Assembly: GCA_000004985.1 (NCBI GenBank)
Contig: GG738850.1
Source of the DNA: Naegleria gruberi
Lineage: Eukaryota
Length of the DNA stretch: 64,000 nt
Strand: one strand, 5' to 3'
Shown here: piece by piece, positions 39,548-50,163 of the stretch
Layout of the letters: each line of letters starts with the position of its first letter
Position numbering within the stretch: the stretch's first letter is position 1
Made by a program: the position numbers and the translations under genes
Notes under the pieces: generated by a model
Told to the model about the DNA's origin: nothing
The model's input: the letters and a program-made list of their open reading frames with translations, nothing else
The model's database searches: none

Positions 39548-41149
39548 ATGCAAAACTCCAAGTCGAGGAGTTTCATCTCCGTCTTTGCTTTCATCTTGGT
39601 GATGACATTATTTACCAGCAGCAACAATCAAGTATTAGCCAATAATAATAATATTAAACTTGCTGGCTCACCAAAGCACGTCTATCAAGTTGGAGAACCT
39701 GAATTTTGGTTCCATCAACGTATCGATCACTTTAATGCATTGAACACTGATACTTTCCCACAACGTTATTACAAGTTTGTTCCGGAGGGAGTTTCAGCAT
39801 CATCACCTAATCACTTGTTGTACATTTGTCCTGAGGCTACTTGTGGAGGAACACCAAATAATTATGTGAAAAATTATGCTATGGAATTGAAGGCTACAAT
39901 TTATACTTTGGAACATCGTTTTTATGGTAAATCAGGTATGTTTTTCAATGATGATGATGATGATATATTAATTTATAATGTTGAATATTTATTAATTTAT
40001 TGGATAATATTGGAAATTTGATGAATGAATTAATGTGGAATAATGTGTGAAATTGTATGAATAATTGGAATAGTTCCTTACAAATCAATGAAGACTGTTA
40101 ATATGGCCAATTATTTAAAGACAGAAATGGCATTGGCTGACTTGTCAGTCTTTATTGAATATATTGCAACATTGCCATCAGATAATAATACTCCTCATCA
40201 ATTTATTATTGTTGGATGTAGTTATCCAGGTGCATTGAGTGCATTCTTCTCTATGAAATATCCACATCTTGTCAAGGGTGCCTTGTCATCATCTGGTGTT
40301 GTCAACTCTATTTTGGACTTTTATACTTTTGATATGCATGTTCAACAAGCTGCTGGTCCTGAATGTACTGCTCTCTTGACTCGTGCTACTTCTATTATGG
40401 AAAAGATGAATCCAACCAATTTGTTGAGAGATTTCCAAGCTCCAGCAGATATGGATATTAGAGATTTGTTCCTTCTTTTTGGTGATATTGCTGGTGAAAG
40501 CGTTCAATATGGATATCATTATGAATTGTGTAATGCCATGAAGAGTGGTAACACTAATTTGGATGAAGTTATTTATCAAAATTTCCACAATTATTCTCTT
40601 AATTTTTTCTACAAGGTATTCGAAACCTCACCATTGGATTATTACAATGGAGCTATTGGTAATGATAATTATGATCCTTCACAAGGAGCTAATGGTGGCA
40701 GATCTTGGTGGTTGCAAACCTGTTCTGAACTCTCCTATTTCAATACTGCCCCACCAAAGAATTTGCCATCCATTAGAAGTAGATGGTTGGATTTGGACTA
40801 TTTCTATGACAAGTGCAAAAAGATCTTTGGATATCCAATTAAACCAAACACTGACTTTGTCAATAACCAATATGGTGCCAAGCAATTGTTGAATACCACT
40901 ACAGGAAGAACTGTCTTTGTCAATGGTAGCCAAGATCCTTGGCTTAGAGCTGGTGTTGATATTGATCCAAAGAAATTCAGTTTCTTGATTGAATGCAACA
41001 ATTGTGGACATTGTGTTGACTTGAGAGGTTGTCCAAGTTGGGCTCAAAATCAAGAAATCAATTATAAGTGTGTTGAAAATGGTAATGAACAAGTTGCAAA
41101 GATTAGACAACAAACTTTAGCAATTATGAAAGTTTGGTTCCACATGTAA
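39548..41149 (+). CDS. Serine carboxypeptidase of family S28 (lysosomal Pro-X carboxypeptidase/PRCP-like), secreted. Two exons, approximately 39548..39935 and 40074..41149.
   Basis: Signal peptide MQNSKSRSFISVFAFILVMTLFTSS. S28 motifs FHQRIDHFN, FPQRYYKF, LEHRFYGKS|VPY (138-nt intron GTATGT...AATAG, phase 1), YLKTEMALADLSVFIEY, and the catalytic-Ser motif GCSYPGALSAFFSMKYPHLV. Confidence 0.75.
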
Positions 41150-41188
41150 CATTGAATGAAAAAAACTATTTATGTAAATTCTTTGTTT

Positions 41189-42417
41189 TTAAAAAAGTTC
41201 CTCACTAGCATAGGGTACAAAGCTTAGCTCTGTAGAAATCTTTCTCAAATGTTGGATCTTTTCGTAGGGAATTCTACTTTCGTAAGTAATGGCATCGTTT
41301 AATTGTCCCATAGATACGGCAGGGTGGAAAGCCAAATTTCCACTCAAATATTCTGCATACCTATTGTGAATGAGATCTGAAATGTCCAATTGTTGTTTTA
41401 TGAAAATTCCATCTCTAGAGAATGCCAATCGCATATTCTTTGAATCAAAATAAACACCAATAACGTATTCACAATTAGTAGTATCACATGGATAAGTGAA
41501 AATATTTTGATCAACACCGAAATCATATGTCTTGATTGAGGTATTTCTATAATCATGTTACAACTCTATTAATACTAGTAGAAAACAAACCTCAAATAAA
41601 CGTGATGTCCTTCATCATAATATCCAATTCCAAGAGAATTTCCTGATCCAACATAATCCAAAAATGGTACGTCCAATGATTTTGTCTTGATTTCAAATCT
41701 CTCTGATAAACGATCAAAACTCATTGGATCTTCCACTTTACATTCCGATAATATATCTATCAATATCAAACCCATCAAGAGATTATCAAAGGTTCCACTT
41801 TTGTGAACTCTAAACTCGAAAAAGTGAATTCCACTATCATAAAGAATTGGATTATTCACAATACACATTCCAGCATTTGAAGATTTGTAATCTTGATTCA
41901 TCCTCACAGTTCTTCCAATCGTGCAACTGGTACTACTACTACTAGATACATCCTGTCCAACTGAACTGAGATAGCAATCCTCCTTCTCAAAGATGGTCAT
42001 CTCCTTATAACACATCTCCATTCTAAAACATTTCTCCAATGGAAGAGATAATCCCATCACTCCACTACGAATAAAGGCCATTCTAAAACTGGTAAATTGA
42101 TTCAATACTTGTGAAGAAGCAAAATTTGTATTCAACGAATAGGAACGTAATAAATGTTCATACAATCCATCATTCATTAAATTTCCTTCATCCCTATCAT
42201 GATGAATATTTAATTTCTTCAATTGATCGGAAAGTAATTGATCATCGGAAGATTTTGCAAAATCATCGTGTTCAATTTTCGGAGGATCAATCAACTTGTA
42301 AAATCGCTCACAAACACTCGGCAGTGTAATCATGATTGTTTTCAATGATTCGGTCAGGTAGATGAAAATTTCGATTAGAATTTCATCTGGAATTTCATCC
42401 AGCAAATTTCTTTTCAT
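41189..42417 (-). CDS. F-box / SPRY domain protein (FBXO45-like architecture). Two exons, approximately 42417..41591 and 41546..41189.
   Basis: Real ATG. F-box LLDEIPDEILIEIFIYLTESLKTIMITLPSVCERFYKL. SPRY-like core SGIHFFEFRVHKSG...LMGLILID...SLGIGYYDEGHHVYL|RNTSIKTYDFGVD...CEYVIGVYFDSKNMRLAFSRDG. 44-nt intron GTTTGT...ATTATAG in phase 2. Confidence 0.65.
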
Positions 42418-42880
42418 TTTTTTTTAAAGTTTTTTTAATTTTTTAGTTTTTTTTAGATTTTGATTTTTGAGGATTTTGTGTGAAATGCAAAATCAAAGAA
42501 CTGCTTACTGATTTTTGAGGAGGATTTTCAAGGAAAATTATTCAATTTCACAAAACGAGTGTTCCTTACTGAGGAGAATTGTAAAGTGGTGAGAGAAATG
42601 GATTTGAATTAGTAACACGGTGGAAGCAGTACTCCCAATGATGGTCTTTGATGTCATGGTGAATATTAATCTGCTAAACGTGTGATGATTTCTGTCTTTG
42701 TAAGGTTGGTTGACCAATCAAACCAATCAAACGAAGGTTAGGAACCTAAAAAATAATATAAATAGAACAAGCAGTTTCTCTTGAACGTGACGAAAATCAA
42801 AAAAAAACAACAATTTTCTCTGATCATCATCACACTTTAAAAGATTCTAATAATCCTCATCAAATTAATAATACTTGACA

Positions 42881-43957
42881 ATGATTCTTTCTACTACCTC
42901 TGATAATAATAGTACCATCAACACTGCTGTTGAAACTAATCAACAACAAAAAGAAGAAGAAGAGGCCAATCTATTCGAATTGTTTAACCTTTCTCCAAAT
43001 GTTTACACTTTCTCTCCTTCTGAAATGGATGATGCTTTCCGTTACATTTTCGGTGATGATTTGAGTGTTGTTACAGAAAGTACAAACTCCTCAGCAGAAG
43101 AGGAACAACTTTCTACAGAAAATGTTGACATTTCCAAGTCAACTTCTTTAAATGATAAGAAAGAAATGAATGAATCCATGGTGAGTGAAGAGGTGGATCA
43201 ACAGTCATTGATACGTGAGTCTGGTATGGGAATTGGTGTTAGTAAACCTCCACCATTGACAAGTAGAGAGAATATTCCACAATTTCAATATTTGATCCCA
43301 AACCAAGGTATTGACATTCATCCTTTACAACATGTGAATGAATGCATGACACAAGTCAACCAAGAATCCAATGCTAAAAAGAGAAAAAATAACACTTCCG
43401 TTGGTGATAATGCAAAGAAACTGAAATGTACTTTACCATATTTAGAATTAAGTTCTCTAGAACTAAAGGAATCAGCTCCTTCAAATTCAGATGACATAAT
43501 GTACGATTTTACTACCAATCATCCCAAGATCCGTGAGAAACTTTATATTAAGGTTTCATCTCCATGTGAATTGGTTCTGGATACATACTGGTCAATGAAT
43601 ATTACTGAAAACCCAAAAGAACTTGGGAAATTTACTCTTTCATTTGAGAAAGTGGGTACTTATAATGCGACAACATTGAAATCACATTTAGTTTCTGAAA
43701 TGCCTAAATTAGAAAGTGAATCGACTAAGAAAAATGCACATGTCTTATTCCATTTGAAGATTGGTTCACATGTATTTCATATTCATTCCAAAGGAAAAAT
43801 GAAAAAGAAAGGAAATACTTCATTACCAAGTGTAATTGTATTAGATGTCAATAATCAAAGTGCCACTCTTGAATTAGCTCCACAATCTAAAACTGGAAAG
43901 AGAGGCAATTTTCAAAGTGGGAATTATCCTTCCATCAAATTCAAATCAGCTCAATGA
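42881..43957 (+). CDS. Hypothetical protein (~358 aa)
   Basis: ORF with an ATG at ~42881. Acidic N-terminal region and no recognisable domain. Confidence 0.35.
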   Translation: MILSTTSDNNSTINTAVETNQQQKEEEEANLFELFNLSPNVYTFSPSEMDDAFRYIFGDDLSVVTESTNSSAEEEQLSTENVDISKSTSLNDKKEMNESMVSEEVDQQSLIRESGMGIGVSKPPPLTSRENIPQFQYLIPNQGIDIHPLQHVNECMTQVNQESNAKKRKNNTSVGDNAKKLKCTLPYLELSSLELKESAPSNSDDIMYDFTTNHPKIREKLYIKVSSPCELVLDTYWSMNITENPKELGKFTLSFEKVGTYNATTLKSHLVSEMPKLESESTKKNAHVLFHLKIGSHVFHIHSKGKMKKKGNTSLPSVIVLDVNNQSATLELAPQSKTGKRGNFQSGNYPSIKFKSAQ

Positions 43958-44213
43958 GAGCTGTTTGATATTAATGGTGCAACTCTAACTGATCATTTTA
44001 CAGTTGAGTGCAAACAACTAACTTCAAAGTTCCAAAATTCAAAGTAATTCAGGTCCCTAATCTAGAACTAAGGTCCATAGCTCAAGCTCACTACTCGAGA
44101 AATAGTTTATTCTTTCGTACTGATTTGTGTATAGTATACGAAACTGGCAGAAAAGTTGCAAAGTCAGTGGTGCTCTAGTTTTTGCGTGCTTGCTTTAGAA
44201 ATATCTGTGGTCC

Positions 44214-44415
44214 CATTTCGGTTTGTTAGATTTTTATTTTTTATTTTTACTTTTTATTTTTTATTTTTATTATTTTTATGATTTGATATTGGGNNNNNNN
44301 NNNNNNNNNNNNNNNNNNNNNNNNNNNNNNNNNNNNNNNNNNNTATAAATGGGCATGTGCCGTGCCAATATCAAATCATAAAAATCATAAAAATATAAAA
44401 ATAAAAAATAAAAAT
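44214..44415. repeat. Imperfect palindrome / inverted AT-rich minisatellite (ATTTTTATTTTT units) flanking the gap
   Basis: The left arm ...ggtttgttagatttttattttttatttttactttttattttttatttttattatttttatgatttgatattggg is the near reverse complement of the right arm ccaatatcaaatcataaaaatcataaaaatataaaaataaaaaataaaaatctgg..caaacc. Confidence 0.7.
44294..44343. other. Assembly gap (50 N)
   Basis: A run of exactly 50 N. It sits at the centre of a palindromic minisatellite (see the next repeat feature). Confidence 0.95.
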
Positions 44416-44619
44416 CTGGTTACAGATTGGCAAACCCCCATCAGTCAGAGAAAGAAGCCTCAGCTTGGCGAGAGTCTCCACCAGCAGAAACACTACTCAG
44501 CCATTGTTTCCAAATATGAACATTCCTAATTCAAAAGAATCAGAACTAAAGTATCAAAAGTGAGCTCAATAATCCAGGCCAACTCGTTTATTACCTGCCT
44601 GAATACTACTTTCAATAAA

Positions 44620-45327
44620 TTACAACTTTGAATTAATCGACATTACTCCAATATAGGAACACAAGTGTCCAATAATTGGATTCTTAATATTCACCTCCAC
44701 GTACCATGAATTTGTTGGACGTGAATTCTTATCAAAAACACAAATGGAGTGACCACTAGGATCAATGGAAAGTAAGCGAGGTAATGGAATGAATCCAAAG
44801 AGATACATCTTTTTGAATTGATGTTCAAATCCAACAATTTCATATGGTGCATTTTCATAACCTTCCAAATCATTCCTATAAATGGGAACTAATTTAAATC
44901 CAAATGAAAATATTCCAAAACTTTCAATGACCAAATCATCCTTTATCGACCATTTTGAAGTCAATGCTTCTCCATCAAATGTTCTCTTCCAATAATTATC
45001 TTCAATTTTCACAATCACTTGAGCTCCTTCATTCTCCTTTGGAAGACCTCCAAGAGTGGCAAATAATTGTGAAATAAATGTTTCACCTCTGATGACTTGT
45101 AAACTACCTGTGGCAATACTCTTCTCCGGATCATTTGCTATTCCTCTGTGAAAATCTACAAAGTAAGGAGGAAGCTTTTCAATCACTTCCTTTCCGAGAC
45201 CAAATTGCAATGGATCATCATTCTTTGATTGTTGTTGGAGGAGTGATGAAGTGGAAAAGAATCTTTTTGTTGATAAAAGATTACACGATTGTTTAATGAA
45301 CTGTGGGCCAGTTACAAGTTTTCTCAT
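44620..45327 (-). CDS. Hypothetical protein (235 aa) with an N-terminus resembling a mitochondrial presequence
   Basis: Real ATG. MRKLVTGPQFIKQSCNLLSTKRFFSTSSLL is basic, hydroxylated and lacks acidic residues. Confidence 0.35.
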   Translation of the reverse strand: MRKLVTGPQFIKQSCNLLSTKRFFSTSSLLQQQSKNDDPLQFGLGKEVIEKLPPYFVDFHRGIANDPEKSIATGSLQVIRGETFISQLFATLGGLPKENEGAQVIVKIEDNYWKRTFDGEALTSKWSIKDDLVIESFGIFSFGFKLVPIYRNDLEGYENAPYEIVGFEHQFKKMYLFGFIPLPRLLSIDPSGHSICVFDKNSRPTNSWYVEVNIKNPIIGHLCSYIGVMSINSKL

Positions 45328-45384
45328 TTTTTTTGGAATTGATTGACTGAATTTCCTAAATTAGAAGATTGGATCTTGATTGAC

Positions 45385-47091
45385 TTAGTTTCCTTTACAA
45401 TTTTCCATGAGCAAATGCATGATGTGAGAGGCTGTATAGAATCGAATGCACATCAGAAGAAACATGGCAAGAGGTCGAGTAATGAAGAGTTTTACATTGT
45501 CCTTCCATTGAATCATGGCTTGTTCCTTCTTTCTCTGTTTTTGCACGTATTTGCCTCGTTCTGGATTTGAACTACTATAATGGATGGTAATATTGTTTGT
45601 GAGAATATAGGAACGAACAATGTCGAATAATTCCACAGATGAAATTAAGAGTGAAATGTTCAATATTAAAAATCCAATCACGTGTAATGCTTCCTCTCCC
45701 AAAAAGCTCTTTAGAGATGAATTGGCAATCCATAGACAGATAGAAACCATTGGAATTATATCTAAAACAGTGAAGAGAAATCTTGTGGATAAAATGTCAT
45801 CTGTTAAATCATTCAAATCATTCCACCAAGATTCATTACAAATATTCTCGAATCGAACCATGAATTCTTCTCGAATTCCATTATGCACACAAATTTCTCG
45901 GACCATTCTCTTCACTTGAGTTCTCATTAATATGTGATAGTAATAAATAAAGTAGGATCTTGCGTATCTAAAGTGCCCAATAAGAGCCCTTGCATGTTGA
46001 CTAATAATTGGATCAAATGTTGGAATTTTGTCCTGAATGGGTGTTGTAAACAAGTTATTGCAAACACTGTCAATTCTAGAAATATCCCTCGATCCCTTAT
46101 AAATCCAATACAGCATTGAGAATAAATAAAAGTGACCTGAAATTGAGCTCAATGTAAAAGTGACGCCCATTGTTACACAAAACAGAAAAAGCAAAGTCAT
46201 GGATTCTAAAACTTGATTGGGAAACAATAGAAATACAATGATGGCTATTAGGGTGATAATGTACAACCCGTACAATGTCTTGATGAGCAAATCTTGAATA
46301 ATCAGATTGGAAGTTGATAATCCCCACCTTCTATCGAGTTCAAACTTTGATGAATAGCTCTGAAATTGAACTAAATTCTTCATAAAGTTTCTGAATGCAC
46401 AATACAATTTCTCATTGTCCTTTTCATCATTTTTACAATTTCGAGCCAAATCAATTACTGATCTCCAATAACTATCAAATACCTCCACATACACCAACTT
46501 GTATGGATTCTTCTTTACATTATTCAAATAATTCAATAGCAAACTATCAATACAAGTATTCAATAAATCAGCTTGCTCTTCAGAGTCTACCCTCGTTATC
46601 GTGGACGTTGAACAATTGGCAATACAACTGCCAAATATCTGTTCGTCTGCCTTTATCAAACTCAAATCATTCACTTTACCCTTCTCAGTTGTGACATGTT
46701 TCAAAATGACTTGTCTAATATACAATTGATTATTTACAGAATGGAGAAGCATATTAGCCAAAAGTCCCTGATCAATGAACAATCTCTCCACAGCCAAATA
46801 TCGGAAATGTTTACAACTCATTGAAACTTTAATCAATGAAGCAATGTCATTGGAAAGGAATGCAAAGATGTAACACAATTCATCATCGGCCAATCCTTGC
46901 TCTCCATCATCATCATCTGCTCTTCTCCCCACAGAGAATTGTTTATAAACAAGCAATTGAGCAGTTGAATGACTCGAATAGCCTTCCGATGCAAGGGAAG
47001 AGTCATTGTCTAACACCACTTCATAAGGCTTGTGATGATCATCATTTGGTTGTTGTTCTTTGTCTTCGAGAATCATCTCAACTACTGCCAT
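45385..47091 (-). CDS. Hypothetical membrane protein (~568 aa) with an F-box-like motif and 2-3 TM segments
   Basis: F-box-like LADDELCYIFAFLSNDIASLIKVSMSCKHFRYLA. Hydrophobic segments LYIITLIAIIVFLLF and LLFLFCVTMGVTFTLSSI. The first real ATG is at ~47091; the track start is a TTG. Confidence 0.4.
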   Translation of the reverse strand: MAVVEMILEDKEQQPNDDHHKPYEVVLDNDSSLASEGYSSHSTAQLLVYKQFSVGRRADDDDGEQGLADDELCYIFAFLSNDIASLIKVSMSCKHFRYLAVERLFIDQGLLANMLLHSVNNQLYIRQVILKHVTTEKGKVNDLSLIKADEQIFGSCIANCSTSTITRVDSEEQADLLNTCIDSLLLNYLNNVKKNPYKLVYVEVFDSYWRSVIDLARNCKNDEKDNEKLYCAFRNFMKNLVQFQSYSSKFELDRRWGLSTSNLIIQDLLIKTLYGLYIITLIAIIVFLLFPNQVLESMTLLFLFCVTMGVTFTLSSISGHFYLFSMLYWIYKGSRDISRIDSVCNNLFTTPIQDKIPTFDPIISQHARALIGHFRYARSYFIYYYHILMRTQVKRMVREICVHNGIREEFMVRFENICNESWWNDLNDLTDDILSTRFLFTVLDIIPMVSICLWIANSSLKSFLGEEALHVIGFLILNISLLISSVELFDIVRSYILTNNITIHYSSSNPERGKYVQKQRKKEQAMIQWKDNVKLFITRPLAMFLLMCIRFYTASHIMHLLMENCKGN

Positions 47092-47857
47092 GGATCCTTC
47101 TTTCAATTATAATAAAAGAAGTTGTAGTATCTCGCTACAAGTAACTAGCGGTGAAATACTAAAGGAGTATGTTGTATTTCTTTTGATTTTGATTAATCAC
47201 GAGAATAGGCTTTTATGGCTCCAAGCAAGATGATCTGGTGATAATAATTATTGTGGAGGACTTCATCATTGTGCGACGTTAAAATCCCTCTCAATCCGTT
47301 CGTTAGGACTTTTTTTTTCAAATTATTAAAAATATTAATATTTCGAATTAAAATTCAAAAAAACAATGGCATGATGAGAAAGCATCTGCCATGTCTCGAT
47401 ACCATTGATCTTTGTTTTTGATGGAATTGTGTAGGAATTAATTTTTGGTCATGATGAACAAGTGAACTTTATTTCAAAAGCAAAAAATGTCATCAACAAG
47501 TTTATTTCTACCACAAGATGTGATCGGAGAGGTTTTTAAATTTCTAGAATTGAAAGATAAATTGGTGTGAGTACTCTTTGAAGAAAAACATATTCAAACC
47601 GAACATGTTTTCCATGTAAATTCAAATAATGATCATGATCATGATGATGGAATTTTAGTTTATCACTTGTTTCGGAGGATTGTAATAGAGCATCACTGAA
47701 TGAAAAATCATTTTGGAGAGCAGAATGTTTAAAACAAGTGGAAATCTTTCAAAGAAACTATTATATTGGTATGATTATTAGTTTAATTTTACAATAATTA
47801 TTTACAATATATTAAATAGCCTATCCAAACAAGAAGAGACCTAATCTGAAAGAGACA

Positions 47858-48772
47858 ATGCCTCTAGATTCAAAGCACGATTTTAGTCAACTCAAAAAGA
47901 AAATATATTATTTGAATGGGAAAATCAACAGAAGGAAATATTGGAGTAAAATTCGGACCACTCACATTAGGAACAATACATCTCAATATCGACGTTATAT
48001 GGTTGGTTTTACACTGTGCATGACTGTTCTGCTGGGAATCTTTTTCATCATGTTTGCAATGGCAGATTTGGCCTTAACGAAAATTTCAAACTGGTACAAC
48101 TTTACCTTCGTTCCTGTATGGTTGTTTTTCGTCTTTTTACTTGGTTGGATATTCTTCTATTCTGTGAGTGCTAACATATTGAAACAAAAGAGTGTATTGA
48201 TGATGATTGGACAGATTATGTTATATCTATTCATGCATGGTGCAGTTCTCTATTCAGCAGTGTTGTGTTTTCTTAATTTGGGCGTTCTACCAATCAAGTA
48301 CAATGAAATTAGTCAATCCTACATGTATACAATACCATGGGCTGCAATTCTTGCTCCATATTATATTGGATATTTAGTTGTGGTAGTGATATTTATCGCA
48401 TTATTATTTGAGAATAGAGATAAGTGGTTTAAGAATGGCCTGGCTATTGCCGTATTCTCAATACCTCAACTTGCCATCAGCTCAATAATCATGCTTAATT
48501 TTACATTGGAATATACCAGTTATTTTCCTGCCTATTATTCAATGATTCCCTCACTCATCCTCATTCTGTTATTGATGGGTGGTTTATTTATGGTGAAGAA
48601 TAAGCAATTGAGGATTGTTGGATGGACGGTTTTTTCGAGTTATTTTGTTAACATTTTTGTTGTGGGATTGTATAATTTGTTTGGGAGTTATGTCTGGTTT
48701 AGCTCACTGATTCCTCTCGTAATAGCTCAATCTTCCATAATATTTGTTTCTTCCAGAGAGTTCGATATCTAA
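47858..48772 (+). CDS. Multipass integral membrane protein (304 aa, ~7-8 predicted TM helices), function unknown
   Basis: Real ATG. Successive ~20-aa hydrophobic segments (MVGFTLCMTVLLGIFFIMFAMA, FVPVWLFFVFLLGWIFFYSV, and others). Confidence 0.45.
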   Translation: MPLDSKHDFSQLKKKIYYLNGKINRRKYWSKIRTTHIRNNTSQYRRYMVGFTLCMTVLLGIFFIMFAMADLALTKISNWYNFTFVPVWLFFVFLLGWIFFYSVSANILKQKSVLMMIGQIMLYLFMHGAVLYSAVLCFLNLGVLPIKYNEISQSYMYTIPWAAILAPYYIGYLVVVVIFIALLFENRDKWFKNGLAIAVFSIPQLAISSIIMLNFTLEYTSYFPAYYSMIPSLILILLLMGGLFMVKNKQLRIVGWTVFSSYFVNIFVVGLYNLFGSYVWFSSLIPLVIAQSSIIFVSSREFDI

Positions 48773-49254
48773 TTTAACGCATCTGTGATATAGTTGGATA
48801 AATTTAACAAACACTATGTAAGGAATAGATGCGTCTAATATAGGGAAGCACCATATTGACTCTCATAAATGGTCAATGTATTATCATTTTGAGGGAATTG
48901 ATCACGGATGGTACCAATTCATGATTTATTACTGCATGATTCTCACTCAATAATGCGAAAAGAGGAGTGCAACGATCCAACACATCCGGCAGACATTAAG
49001 GATTTCCTAACTCGTTACTATTATCCAAATCAAGATTTCTTAATGGGTATTGCGCACCATTCTAAGATTTAATACGTACTTATAATGTGACTACTTTTCC
49101 TTAATACTCAAACATCACCATATTCAGCGAGTGAGTTTTCCCTACTGAAGAGGCATTATACACATCTCTGCTCAATATTCATCAACAGTGGGTTCATATA
49201 CTACTGCACACAACGAATACCTGAATACACACTCACATACGTAGAGAAAAAACA

Positions 49255-50163
49255 ATGAAAGTATTGCCAATCAATGATTCTTTAATCATTCAACAAGGTT
49301 CCCTCGAGAAGGAATCATCAACAAACGTGCAAAAACATTCAGCCAGTGTTCGTAAGGCCATTAACAATAACAATACCTCCTCATACAAGCTGGAAGATAA
49401 TGAGTTGGAATTTAACTTGTTTCGCTCGGGGAGAGGATGCTGTCTTGATGGATTGTGTTCTATTAAGAGTGTTATTCTCTCATTCTTAATTGTCTCTCTA
49501 CTCTTGACATGTGCTGTGATTTGGGCTGTACTGATGGTGCTCATCTCACAGGAGGTGAATATAACGATGGGCATTGCTTCGCTGGTTGTTTGGTGCACGT
49601 GTATTGTTTCGGTAATTGTCTTTGGTGTGGTATCCTCTGTGGTGGTCTATTATTTGATAAGGAAACCTATGAGAGAGCTAACCAGACAACTCTTCACAAT
49701 GAAATCATTGAGATTCGACTCGGTTATCCAGCTCTCCTCCATAATGTATGAATTTATTCCCCTCTTCAGGATCTTCTTAGAGATGAACAATTTAATGAAG
49801 GAGATTAGACCATTCATTCCAGAATCTATTACCAGATCTTCAGAGTATGAAACTGAGAGTAATAACAGTTCAGACAATCAGGAGCAACAGAAGGAAATTC
49901 AAATGATGGCCATGAGAATGTCACTTAAAACATCAAATTCTATTGCTCAATTGGGTAAAGCTCCATCAACAGCTCTGATCCAAAATTCCCTCAAGTCTGT
50001 AAATTCTGTGGCCAAATTGAAGAGAGCCATGTCGAAAATGAGGAAATCAATGGAAGGAACTGGATCAGAAGGAGCAAGTTTCCAATCCAAAGACGGCGTG
50101 GAGCAACAGCAACATCTGCAGGTTTCACACCTCAAATCACAACCAATTTGGGTCTTGGATTGA
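49255..50163 (+). CDS. N-terminal part of a membrane-anchored signalling protein: 2 TM helices plus a cytoplasmic helical region. It is probably the same gene as the next feature.
   Basis: Real ATG. TM1 is VILSFLIVSLLLTCAVIWAVLMVL and TM2 is MGIASLVVWCTCIVSVIVFGVVSSVVVYYLI. The frame ends 15 nt inside the start of the next ORF, which is in another frame. Confidence 0.45.
   Translation: MKVLPINDSLIIQQGSLEKESSTNVQKHSASVRKAINNNNTSSYKLEDNELEFNLFRSGRGCCLDGLCSIKSVILSFLIVSLLLTCAVIWAVLMVLISQEVNITMGIASLVVWCTCIVSVIVFGVVSSVVVYYLIRKPMRELTRQLFTMKSLRFDSVIQLSSIMYEFIPLFRIFLEMNNLMKEIRPFIPESITRSSEYETESNNSSDNQEQQKEIQMMAMRMSLKTSNSIAQLGKAPSTALIQNSLKSVNSVAKLKRAMSKMRKSMEGTGSEGASFQSKDGVEQQQHLQVSHLKSQPIWVLD

Noticed and set aside
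44294-44343. N-run as a biological feature
   Set aside because: A run of exactly 50 N is an assembly gap placeholder. Only the flanking palindrome is biological.
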